Assembly: GCA_039630085.1 (NCBI GenBank)
Contig: JBCNVM010000002.1
Span: forward strand, 10,105-74,104
Length of the DNA stretch: 64,000 nt
Source: Candidatus Caldarchaeales archaeon
GTDB lineage: Archaea; Thermoproteota; Nitrososphaeria_A; Caldarchaeales; Calditenuaceae
Direction of reading: 5' to 3'
Shown here: positions 43,594 to 51,109 of the stretch, one piece after another
Layout: every line of letters begins with the position of its first letter
How positions within the stretch are numbered: position 1 is the stretch's first letter
Notes under the pieces: model-generated
The model's input: the letters and a program-made list of their open reading frames with translations, nothing else
Databases searched by the model: none
Told to the model about the DNA's origin: nothing
Translations under genes and position numbers: made by a program

Positions 43594-44229
43594 TCACTCC
43601 ACCACGAACCTGCCCCACATCCCGAGCGTGACGTGTCCCGGAACGTTGCAGACGTAGAAGTAGGTCCCCGGCCTCCCTGCGACGAAGTAGATCGTGACGC
43701 TCTGTCCCGGCGCTAAGGGGTTAGAGGGCGTCCCCGCCTGGGCGCTTGGAAAGGACGGTGACGCACTCGGGTCCTCCCTCAGCTCGTTGACGACCGTGAG
43801 GACGTGGACCGCGTTCCCGACGTTCACGAGGGTCAGCTTCACCAGCGAGCCCCTCTTCACCCTGATCTCGGGACCGGGCGTCGTTATCGAGTCCCTGCTT
43901 GTCCCGAACCCGAAGTCTCCCGCGTAGACCACGAGCTCAACGTCGGGCTCCCGCGCCGGTGCCTGCTGCTGAGGCTGAGGTTGCGGGGGATTCCCCCACG
44001 TCCAGCCCATGCACGGACAGACTCCCATCATCCTGCCCATCCAGCCCCAAGCGTAGGGCCCCATCGCGCGGCTCCAGGCCTGTGGGGTCGACTGCTGCGG
44101 AACCGTCGGCGCGCCCCACGTCTGAGGCGCCGGCCGCTGAACAGCCGGTGCGATCACAGCAAAGACTACAGCCGTCGAGAGGGCGATCGCTGCCGCGGCT
44201 GTGAGGACCAAGACCATCCATCCCCTCAT
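43594..44229 (-). CDS. membrane-anchored type-1 blue copper protein (sulfocyanin-like cupredoxin)
   Basis: C-terminal ligand set YFYVCNVPGHVTLGMWG (Cys-His-Met) plus upstream His; N-terminal TM helix. A Pro/Gln- and Met/Trp-rich linker contains MGVCPCMGW. ATG 44229 preferred over the track TTG 44316. Confidence 0.7.
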   Translation of the reverse strand: MRGWMVLVLTAAAAIALSTAVVFAVIAPAVQRPAPQTWGAPTVPQQSTPQAWSRAMGPYAWGWMGRMMGVCPCMGWTWGNPPQPQPQQQAPAREPDVELVVYAGDFGFGTSRDSITTPGPEIRVKRGSLVKLTLVNVGNAVHVLTVVNELREDPSASPSFPSAQAGTPSNPLAPGQSVTIYFVAGRPGTYFYVCNVPGHVTLGMWGRFVVE

Positions 44230-44333
44230 GCCCGCCCACCACGTATTGCCCTCGACCGGATTTTGGGCCTTGGGTGAAACGGTCTGAAACGCTCTCGTCT
44301 CCTTCAGGGCGCTCAACGCTGCCGGGTCCTTCA

Positions 44334-44346
44334 GAGCTCCGTTTCA
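44334..44346 (+). repeat. copy 1 of the 13-bp element GAGCTCCGTTTCA
   Basis: In the divergent spacer, 41 nt upstream of ATG 44387. Preceded by a degenerate half copy TCCTTCAGGGCGCTCAACG at 44300-44318. Confidence 0.5.
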
Positions 44347-44386
44347 ACGAGACTTAATCCGCAGGCCCTGGACAACTGGTTCGACG

Positions 44387-44974
44387 ATGAGGTACCGGTG
44401 CAGGAGGTGCGGAGCGACCTTCGGGTCCGAGAACGCCCTTCGGGCCCATGAGAGGGCCAGGCACCCCCTTCGCTTCTACGGTGTCAGGCTGGGATACCTC
44501 TCTGCGGTAGCGGTCGCGCTCCTGTTGGGCGGATACTTGGTGCTGAGCAGGCAGCCACCTCCCAGCGTCGTCGGCGCGCCCATCTCCGGCATCGAGTGCT
44601 GGTCTGGGGAGCAGACGGCCTATCACGTCCACGCGATCCTCGAGATCTACGTGAGGGGACAGAGGAGGGAAGTTCCGGCCAACGTCGGCGTCGTCCCCAA
44701 CAGGTGCATGTACTGGGTCCACACTCACGACCCGACGGGGGTCATACACGTCGAGGCTCCGAGGAGGATCAGAGCGACCCTCGGCCAGTTCTTCGACGTT
44801 TGGGGCCAGCCGATGGGCGAGGAGGGGGTGCTCGACATTGACCTCAGGGGCTCGGGGATGAAGTTGCGCGTCTACGTCGACGGCCAGCCTTACTACGGCG
44901 ACCCGAGGGAGATCGAACTGGTGGACATGAGGCGGATCGTGATGGACGTCGGCCCGCCCTTCGCGGTCTCCTGA
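44387..44974 (+). CDS. membrane protein with cytoplasmic C2H2 zinc finger and a conserved extracytoplasmic His/Cys/Met-containing domain (function unknown)
   Basis: YRCRRCGATFGSENALRAHERARH is a classical C2H2 finger; TM helix LGYLSAVAVALLLGGYLVL; then ECWSGEQTAYHVHAILEIYV...CMYWVHTHDPTGVIHVE...LGQFFDVWG. Confidence 0.5.
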   Translation: MRYRCRRCGATFGSENALRAHERARHPLRFYGVRLGYLSAVAVALLLGGYLVLSRQPPPSVVGAPISGIECWSGEQTAYHVHAILEIYVRGQRREVPANVGVVPNRCMYWVHTHDPTGVIHVEAPRRIRATLGQFFDVWGQPMGEEGVLDIDLRGSGMKLRVYVDGQPYYGDPREIELVDMRRIVMDVGPPFAVS

Positions 44975-44985
44975 GCTCCGTTTCA
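44973..44985 (+). repeat. copy 2 of the 13-bp element GAGCTCCGTTTCA
   Basis: Exact copy overlapping the stop codon of the previous gene, 38 nt upstream of ATG 45023 (5 nt upstream of GTG 44990). Confidence 0.5.
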
Positions 44986-44989
44986 TCGC

Positions 44990-45415
44990 GTGCCAAGAAC
45001 ACCTTTTTCTTTCAACCCTTTTATGCAGGAGGGTGATGCGGGCTTGACGTCCGTTCAGAAACCCGTAGCGGCCTTCGCCGTCTCATTCGTCGCCGGGGTC
45101 CTCATGGTCGTCGGAGGCGTGACGGGGCTCGCGGTATGGGCCTGGTGGAGCTGGACGCCCACGTGGAGCCGGATGATGCCGATGTGGGGGATGATGGGGT
45201 CGCTATGGCTGGCCTTATCCTCGGTAGGCCTCCTGTCGGGCGCGGTGGTCCTCGCCGCCGCCCTCCTGCTGTCCAGCCGTCCGGAGCAGGCCCAAACCCG
45301 GCGAACGGTCATTCTCGTCTTCTCGGCCGTCGGCCTCCTGGGCATGGGAGGCTTCGTCATCGGCGCGGTCCTCGGCATCACAGGCGAGCTCCTTGCGCTG
45401 GTCTGGAGGGTCTGA
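44990..45415 (+). CDS. hypothetical four-helix membrane protein with Met/Trp-rich loop
   Basis: WAWWSWTPTWSRMMPMWGMMGSLW loop between helices; start uncertain (GTG 44990, ATG 45023 or TTG 45044). Confidence 0.45.
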   Translation: MPRTPFSFNPFMQEGDAGLTSVQKPVAAFAVSFVAGVLMVVGGVTGLAVWAWWSWTPTWSRMMPMWGMMGSLWLALSSVGLLSGAVVLAAALLLSSRPEQAQTRRTVILVFSAVGLLGMGGFVIGAVLGITGELLALVWRV

Positions 45416-45459
45416 GGTCGCAGGAGAGGTCCCGAACGCGTCGCACCAGGTCGAAGCTC

Positions 45460-45717
45460 TTACCCTCTTCGCGTGAAGGCCTCGATCCCGCCCAGAGACT
45501 TCTCCATCGCGGAGATCCACCTGAGGAACGAGTTCGCGGCGGCCCTCATCGCGACCGTGTCGTCGGCCTCGATCTCGAGCTTCAGGGCTTCCCCGGAGCA
45601 CTCGACGTTGGCGGCGGACCTGCCTCCCGGAAGAGGGCCTGCCTCCGGCCGAAGGGCTTCGAAGAGGATCTGGGCGTGCGGGCTCACCAGCGTGACGGAG
45701 AGCTTGCAGGGGTGCAT
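45460..45717 (-). CDS. pcc1: KEOPS complex subunit Pcc1
   Basis: 85 aa; AQILFEALRPE...LKLEIEADDTVAMRAAANSFLRWI matches the Pcc1/CTAG pattern; 3 nt downstream of rpl37ae as in many archaea. Confidence 0.65.
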   Translation of the reverse strand: MHPCKLSVTLVSPHAQILFEALRPEAGPLPGGRSAANVECSGEALKLEIEADDTVAMRAAANSFLRWISAMEKSLGGIEAFTRRG

Positions 45718-45720
45718 CGC

Positions 45721-45936
45721 TCAGGTCGGGCTCGGAGCCCAGGCTCCGCCGGCGAACTTGTGACCGCACTTCCTGCACTGCCAGATACCGACCGCGACCC
45801 TCCTGACCGTGACCCTGCCGCACCGTTCGCACTTGTAGGTGGCGTACTGGGTCTTCTCCAGCTCCTCCACCCTCTTCCTCAACCTGGCCCCGTATCTCGC
45901 TCCGAACCTCCTCGTCGTGCCCTCTCCCGCCCTCAT
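45721..45936 (-). CDS. rpl37ae: 50S ribosomal protein eL43 (L37Ae)
   Basis: RFGARYGARLRKRV and the zinc ribbon YKCERCGR...WQCRKCGHKFAGGAW. ATG 45936 lies about 26 nt downstream of an AGAAATAA box (the track start is TTG 45945). Confidence 0.9.
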   Translation of the reverse strand: MRAGEGTTRRFGARYGARLRKRVEELEKTQYATYKCERCGRVTVRRVAVGIWQCRKCGHKFAGGAWAPSPT

Positions 45937-45987
45937 GCCCCACAACCACCTCGGGCCGTTATTTCTAGCTGTTCAGACGGTCTCAGG

Positions 45988-45994
45988 TTTATCT
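45988..45994 (+). promoter_or_regulatory. TATA-like box TTTATCT for the C/D-box sRNA candidate
   Basis: Centre about 26 nt upstream of position 46017, the predicted 5' end of the sRNA. Confidence 0.45.
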
Positions 45995-46016
45995 CTCCGT
46001 ACGGGGCACTAGGGCC

Positions 46017-46072
46017 GCGATGATGAAGGACTCTCCTGTGAGCCGATGATCGGCCATGGGGTAACTGAGCGC
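46017..46072 (+). ncRNA. candidate C/D-box sRNA (2'-O-methylation guide)
   Basis: GCG-AUGAUGA (C, 46020-46026), 12 nt, degenerate D' (UGAG), 3 nt, AUGAUCG (C', 46046-46052), 12 nt, CUGA (D, 46065-46068), GCGC. About 56 nt with a terminal GCG/CGC stem, canonical 12-nt guide spacing, intergenic, with its own TATA box. Confidence 0.55.
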
Positions 46073-46099
46073 CTCTCTCTGAGAGCCCTGTGGAGAGCC

Positions 46100-46483
46100 T
46101 CACTGGCCGTGACCGCAGATGTCGCAGTTCTCCACGTCAAGCTCGGGCTCGAGGTACTTGTGAAGCTCGCAGAGGGTCCTGTCCTGTCTTATCTTGTCCA
46201 TCGCCTCCTGGATCGCCTTGACGACCCTGTGGGGGTCCTGGCTGTCGAAGGCGACCGTGGCTATCTCGTCGGCGTACCTCTCGAGGGCCTGGATCTTCGG
46301 GCCCGCGTAATAGGCCCTTCCCCTTACCGCCCTCAGGTAGTTGCTCACCGAGGCCTGGGTTATCCCGAGGAGGTGGGCGGTCCTCTCCTGCGTCAGCCCG
46401 TACTCGAGGACCAGCCTCTTCACCACAAGGGCCCTCAGCGTCGGCAGAAGCCACCTCGCCTCGATCTCGCTCGGCAGCAGCAT
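46100..46483 (-). CDS. HTH (XRE-like) transcriptional regulator with C-terminal Cys/His motif (COG2522-like)
   Basis: GLTQERTAHLLGITQASVSNYL helix-turn-helix; C-terminal CELH...CDICGH. Confidence 0.6.
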   Translation of the reverse strand: MLLPSEIEARWLLPTLRALVVKRLVLEYGLTQERTAHLLGITQASVSNYLRAVRGRAYYAGPKIQALERYADEIATVAFDSQDPHRVVKAIQEAMDKIRQDRTLCELHKYLEPELDVENCDICGHGQ

Positions 46484-46549
46484 GATTTTCCTCGATTAAC
46501 GGCGTTATACCCGTATATTTTAGTGTCGTCTCATCCCGTTCGAGCCGTC

Positions 46550-47362
46550 TCACAGCTTTACGAGCTCTATCCCGAGCTCCTCGGCGATCGCCGCCACCGC
46601 CGGCCTGTGCTGGCCCGGAGTGCCCTTCCAGTCGACGAGCAGATACCTGCAACCGTCGCGAACGCTCGCCGCGGCCTCACCTAGCAGGTCGACCCCCTCG
46701 GGCATGCAGTACTTCGGGAGGACGTGCGTGACGTCGTAGAGGCGATGGGCCATGACCCTCGTGAAGGTCGGCGCGTAGTGCCCTCCTCCCACGCCTATCG
46801 AGCCCCTGCTCGAGGGATAGCTGGACCCAATTGTCCTCACGCAGGCCTCCGCGACCGCCTCAGCCGCGGCCGGGTCCCTCCTCGCGTCCTCTGGCCCGCC
46901 GAACTCCACGTAGATCAGCGGGACCGGCGAGTAAGGGCCGTGGTGGGTCACCTCCAGCCCCACCCACCAGCCCTCGAGCTTCCTGTCGGACCGGGCCTCC
47001 TCGGTCAGCGCGTCGAAGGCGACCCTCGTAGCCCCCGCGTGCGTCGCCGAGATCCTCCTGGGCAGGCCGCCGTGAGAAGCCTCCGACGTCCAGTTGCCGG
47101 TCGAATGGACGGTCAGCGCCCTGACGCCGTGCTCGGAACGATGAGTCGACGCCACGACCAGCAGATCGGACTCCAATGAGGTGAGCTCCTCGACGGTCGC
47201 GTGGAGGTGGGGGCCTCTGAGGACGTAGGCCCTGAAGCTCCCTTTCGACAGGACCTCAAGCCCCCCGACCTCCATGACCTCGAAGCCCAGCACCTGAAGC
47301 AGGTAGTCCCTCACCATCATCGATGACCCGTCTGCCCTCGAGAGGACGATTGATGCCCTCAA
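46550..47362 (-). CDS. dtdA: archaeal-type D-aminoacyl-tRNA deacylase (DTD2)
   Basis: VVASTHRSEHGVRALTVHSTGNW, VGLEVTHHGP and IYVEFGG follow the DTD2 (tRNA_deacylase) pattern. Confidence 0.7.
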   Translation of the reverse strand: MRASIVLSRADGSSMMVRDYLLQVLGFEVMEVGGLEVLSKGSFRAYVLRGPHLHATVEELTSLESDLLVVASTHRSEHGVRALTVHSTGNWTSEASHGGLPRRISATHAGATRVAFDALTEEARSDRKLEGWWVGLEVTHHGPYSPVPLIYVEFGGPEDARRDPAAAEAVAEACVRTIGSSYPSSRGSIGVGGGHYAPTFTRVMAHRLYDVTHVLPKYCMPEGVDLLGEAAASVRDGCRYLLVDWKGTPGQHRPAVAAIAEELGIELVKL

Positions 47363-47441
47363 CCCGCCCGCGTCGTCCGTGCGCCTCGTATTTACCTGAA
47401 GTCCGAAGATCCGCGGACTGACTTGAGGGTCGCTTACTACG

Positions 47442-48899
47442 CTACAGCCTGATCCCGAAGAGCGTCTGCAGCAGGACCGCGACTAGGAAGTAGCCGTAGA
47501 AGAACGTCCCGGCCACGAGGAGCAGCGTCGTAACAGGGCCCCCGCGTATCTCCTTCGGTAGGAACTTGTAGTTGACGACTATCTGCAGCGGGAACGCGAT
47601 TGTCAGCGCGAAGAGGCCGAGGTTCGCCCCGAGCGCCACCAACTCGAAGGGCTGAGCCCACCTCATGGTTATCGCGCCCACCATCAGCACCATCGAGACC
47701 CCGAAGATCAGGTAGAGCACGGTGTAGTAGAGCCTCCTGACGTCGTCCCTGAAGAGCCTCCTGACTCTCTCGCTCGCCATCCAGAAGTTGTCCGTGATCA
47801 CACGGCTGACGGAGTCCATGAGGCCCCACTGGGTGTCGAAGAGGATCCAGAAGCCTCCGAGGAGCACGATCACCCAGGCCAGCGCGCCCGCCACGGCCTT
47901 GAGGGCCTCGGCCTGAGCGGCGGCCACCGCGAACCCGGTCGGGGTAAGTCCCCGCGGCACCAGGAGGGAATAAGCCATCGTCGTCGTGACGTAAACTGTG
48001 ACGAACGACACGAGGCTGAACACTATCCAGGAGTCGACCCTCAGCACGTTGAGCCACCCCTTCCACCTCCGGAGGTTCTCAGGGGTGACGGTGAAGGGCA
48101 TGTCGTCCGTCGAGAGCTTCATGTTCCTCCCTCCGATGATCGCCGAGATGTAGCCGGCCTTGGCTCCCATCCCCCAGCCCTTGTCCCTCGCGTAGCTGCT
48201 CATCATCAGGTTGAAGCCGAAGCCGGCTGGGATGTACGCGATGGCCGCTGCGAGGACGAACCAATCCGCGTTCCTCGGGAGGTTGACCGTGAAGATCCCC
48301 CTGCCGACCTCGATCCAAGCGGAGGTCGGTGCGGCGATCACCACCGCGGCCGAGATCGTCACGAGCATCAGGATTACGATGGGCCAGCTCAACAACTCCA
48401 GCGTCCTCTCGATCTTCCTGCCGACGTGAAGGACGCCGAGCCCAGCGACCAGCGCTATCACTCCCCAAGCGAGCACCAGACCCGAGTGGGCAGGACCGGG
48501 TAGGGTCCCCAGCTGCAGCGCCACCGCGGCCGTCGCCGACGAGATGGCCCAGGCGGGCCAAATTACGGGCACGAAGAGCAAGACGGACCACACCCAGGCC
48601 CACGCGATGCCTCCGGGCCACAGCCTCTGGTAGAACTTGTGGACAGGCTGTCCGCAGTAGACGATGGTCTTCATCGACTCCACCGCGAGCACCGCTTGGA
48701 GCACGCAGGAGAACGCCGCCGCCCACATCAAGTAAGGCCCGAACCTCACGACCGCTGCCGGGAAGAGGATCCACTCGCCCGCGCCGATCGCCAGCGACGT
48801 CATGATGACGCCGGGTCCCACGGCCCGCAGGTAAGACCGTAGACCAGGCCTCGGCGGCTCGGGAAGCTCTACGACCTCCGTGGGCTTCACGGCCGTCAA
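47442..48899 (-). CDS. NRAMP-related polytopic transporter
   Basis: 485 aa, about 11-12 helices; N-terminal GPGVIMTSLAIGAGEWILFP resembles the NRAMP first-helix motif. TTG start about 29 nt downstream of TTATATTAT. Confidence 0.5.
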   Translation of the reverse strand: MTAVKPTEVVELPEPPRPGLRSYLRAVGPGVIMTSLAIGAGEWILFPAAVVRFGPYLMWAAAFSCVLQAVLAVESMKTIVYCGQPVHKFYQRLWPGGIAWAWVWSVLLFVPVIWPAWAISSATAAVALQLGTLPGPAHSGLVLAWGVIALVAGLGVLHVGRKIERTLELLSWPIVILMLVTISAAVVIAAPTSAWIEVGRGIFTVNLPRNADWFVLAAAIAYIPAGFGFNLMMSSYARDKGWGMGAKAGYISAIIGGRNMKLSTDDMPFTVTPENLRRWKGWLNVLRVDSWIVFSLVSFVTVYVTTTMAYSLLVPRGLTPTGFAVAAAQAEALKAVAGALAWVIVLLGGFWILFDTQWGLMDSVSRVITDNFWMASERVRRLFRDDVRRLYYTVLYLIFGVSMVLMVGAITMRWAQPFELVALGANLGLFALTIAFPLQIVVNYKFLPKEIRGGPVTTLLLVAGTFFYGYFLVAVLLQTLFGIRL

Positions 48900-49218
48900 G
48901 GCGATTCGCCGGATGAGAGCGCGATAATATAACTCTGAAAGGGAAGGGGCATCCGCATCGAGGTGACGCGCGGTCAGGAGGCCGTCTCTCGCGGCTCAGA
49001 CCATCGGAATGAGCGCCTCCCGGAGAACGGGCCCAGACCCTCGGGCTCAGCTCCGGATCTCCGGCCTCTCGGACCTCCTCCTGACTGGTGCAGGGCCCCT
49101 TGCGAGCCTCCACTCCCGCTGCGTGGCGGTTGAGAGGTCATCTGGGTGCGTCTCCGAGTTTTCACCGTATGCTTCGTGTGAGAACGCTTAAATCACCTTC
49201 GGAGCTCGGCCGGCTGAA

Positions 49219-50856
49219 ATGGCGGTAACGGTCGAGGAGGTCAGGCGTGAGCTTAAGCAGAGGCTCGTGACGACCACCAGGAGCATCTGCCCTGAGTGCA
49301 ACAGGATCCTCCCGGCCGAGGTCTTCGAGGAGGACAACAGGATCTACATCCGGAAGGTCTGCCCCGTACACGGCGAGTTCGACGAGCTCTACTTCGGAGA
49401 CGCCCAGATGTACTACAAGTTCGCTAGGTGGCTGAAGGACGGCAAGGGGACAGGGAATCCCGACGTCGAGATGCCGAGGTGCGCTTGTCCGGCCAACTGC
49501 GGCCTCTGCAGCAGCCACCTGAGCCATACCGGTCTCGCGAACCTCGTGATCACGAACCGGTGTGACCTCCACTGCTGGTACTGCTTCTTCTACGCCGAGA
49601 AGGCCGGCTACATCTACGAGCCGACCCTCGAGCAGATCAGGGAGATGGCCTTGAACCTCAGGGCCGAGAGGCCGGTCCCGGGCAACTCGATCCAGATCAC
49701 CGGGGGTGAGCCTACGCTGAGGGACGACCTCCCGGAGATCGTGAGGATACTGAAGCAGGTCGGCGTGGACCACATCCAGCTCAACACGAACGGCATCAGG
49801 CTCAGCAGGGACTTCGAGTACTTCAAGAGGCTGAAGGAGGCCGGGATCAGCAACCTCTACCTGAGCTTCGACGGCGTCACCCCCAGGACCAACCCGAAGA
49901 ACCACTGGGAGGTGCCCGGCGTCCTCGAGAACGCGAGGAAGCTCGGCGTCGGGATAGTGTTGGTCCCCACGGTCATCAAGAGCGTCAACGACCACGAGCT
50001 CGGCGACATCGTGCGCTTCGGGTTCGCGAACGTCGACGTCATCAGGGCGGTCAACTTCCAGCCGGTCAGCCTCACGGGCAGGATGCCGAAGAGGGAGCGG
50101 GAGAAGTACAGGATCACGATCCCCGACTGCATCGCGAGGATCGAGGAGCAGACCGGCGGCGAGATCCCGAAGGACGCATGGTTCCCGGTCCCTGCCTGTA
50201 CGCCGCTGACCGGTTTCCTCGAGGCGTTGACCAGGAGGGCCCACTACGAGCTGAGCATCCACTTCGCCTGCGGTGCAGGCACCTACGTCTTCAAGGACGG
50301 CGACAGGATGGTCCCGCTGACTGCGTTCGTCGACGTCGAGGGCCTAGTCAAGTACCTCCAGGACAAGGCCGAGGAGATCGAGGCCGGCCGGAACAGGGCC
50401 TGGGTCGGGCTGAAGGTCCTCTGGAACATCGGGAAGTTCATCGACGAGCGGAGGCAGCCCGCGGGCATGAACCTCAAGAGGATGCTCTTCGACATCCTAG
50501 TCAAGCACGATTACAAGAGCGTCGGCGACTGGCACAGGAGGTCTCTCTTCCTCGGGATGATGCACTTCCAGGACAAGTACAACCACGACGAGGAGCGGCT
50601 CAGGAGGTGCGACATCCACTACCTCACTCCGGACAACAGGATCATCCCGTTCTGCGCCTTCAACGTAATCCCCGAGTGGTACAGGGACAGGATCCAGTCG
50701 GTCTACGGCGTCTCTATAGAGGAGTGGGAGAGGAGGACCGGGAGGAAGCTCTCGGACGACTTCTACAAGAGGAAGCTTCCGGTGAAGCAGGCCCCAGTGC
50801 CCGTGGCGTCGACGAAGACCGCCGGCTTCGGCGGTATGGTCCAGAATACCGCCTGA
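49219..50856 (+). CDS. tes: radical SAM enzyme, probable tetraether lipid (GDGT) synthase Tes / GDGT-MAS homologue
   Basis: Radical-SAM cluster NRCDLHCWYCFF; N-terminal rubredoxin-like knuckle CPECNR...VCPVHG; auxiliary Cys cluster CACPANCGLC; 545 aa. The radical-SAM call is secure; the Tes assignment is from remembered family architecture. Confidence 0.6.
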   Translation: MAVTVEEVRRELKQRLVTTTRSICPECNRILPAEVFEEDNRIYIRKVCPVHGEFDELYFGDAQMYYKFARWLKDGKGTGNPDVEMPRCACPANCGLCSSHLSHTGLANLVITNRCDLHCWYCFFYAEKAGYIYEPTLEQIREMALNLRAERPVPGNSIQITGGEPTLRDDLPEIVRILKQVGVDHIQLNTNGIRLSRDFEYFKRLKEAGISNLYLSFDGVTPRTNPKNHWEVPGVLENARKLGVGIVLVPTVIKSVNDHELGDIVRFGFANVDVIRAVNFQPVSLTGRMPKREREKYRITIPDCIARIEEQTGGEIPKDAWFPVPACTPLTGFLEALTRRAHYELSIHFACGAGTYVFKDGDRMVPLTAFVDVEGLVKYLQDKAEEIEAGRNRAWVGLKVLWNIGKFIDERRQPAGMNLKRMLFDILVKHDYKSVGDWHRRSLFLGMMHFQDKYNHDEERLRRCDIHYLTPDNRIIPFCAFNVIPEWYRDRIQSVYGVSIEEWERRTGRKLSDDFYKRKLPVKQAPVPVASTKTAGFGGMVQNTA

Positions 50857-51109
50857 TTTCGAGCCGGATTTCTCAGACCGTTTCAGCCAGTTCCACCGCC
50901 TCTCAGCGTGGTCCATTGACACGACGTAACCTTAACACTTCCAAGGTCTGATCGGAGGGACATCGGAAAATAGAGTCTTCCCGGATATCGGTCTCAGCGG
51001 ATACGCTAGGACCTCAGGGAGCACCTCGTGACCGTAGAGCCCGAATTAACCTCCGCGGGACCCTTCTCTCAGGTCACTCTAGCCTGCTCGATTGCGTTTC
51101 GTGCGTTTT

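Noticed and set aside
48960-49180. SRP RNA or RNase P RNA in the long NRAMP / radical-SAM spacer.
   Set aside because: At about 220 nt it is too short for RNase P RNA. I could not find the conserved SRP helix-8 (GGAA/AGCA-type) or RNase P CR-I/CR-V sequence blocks on either strand. It is kept only as an unexplained structured spacer.
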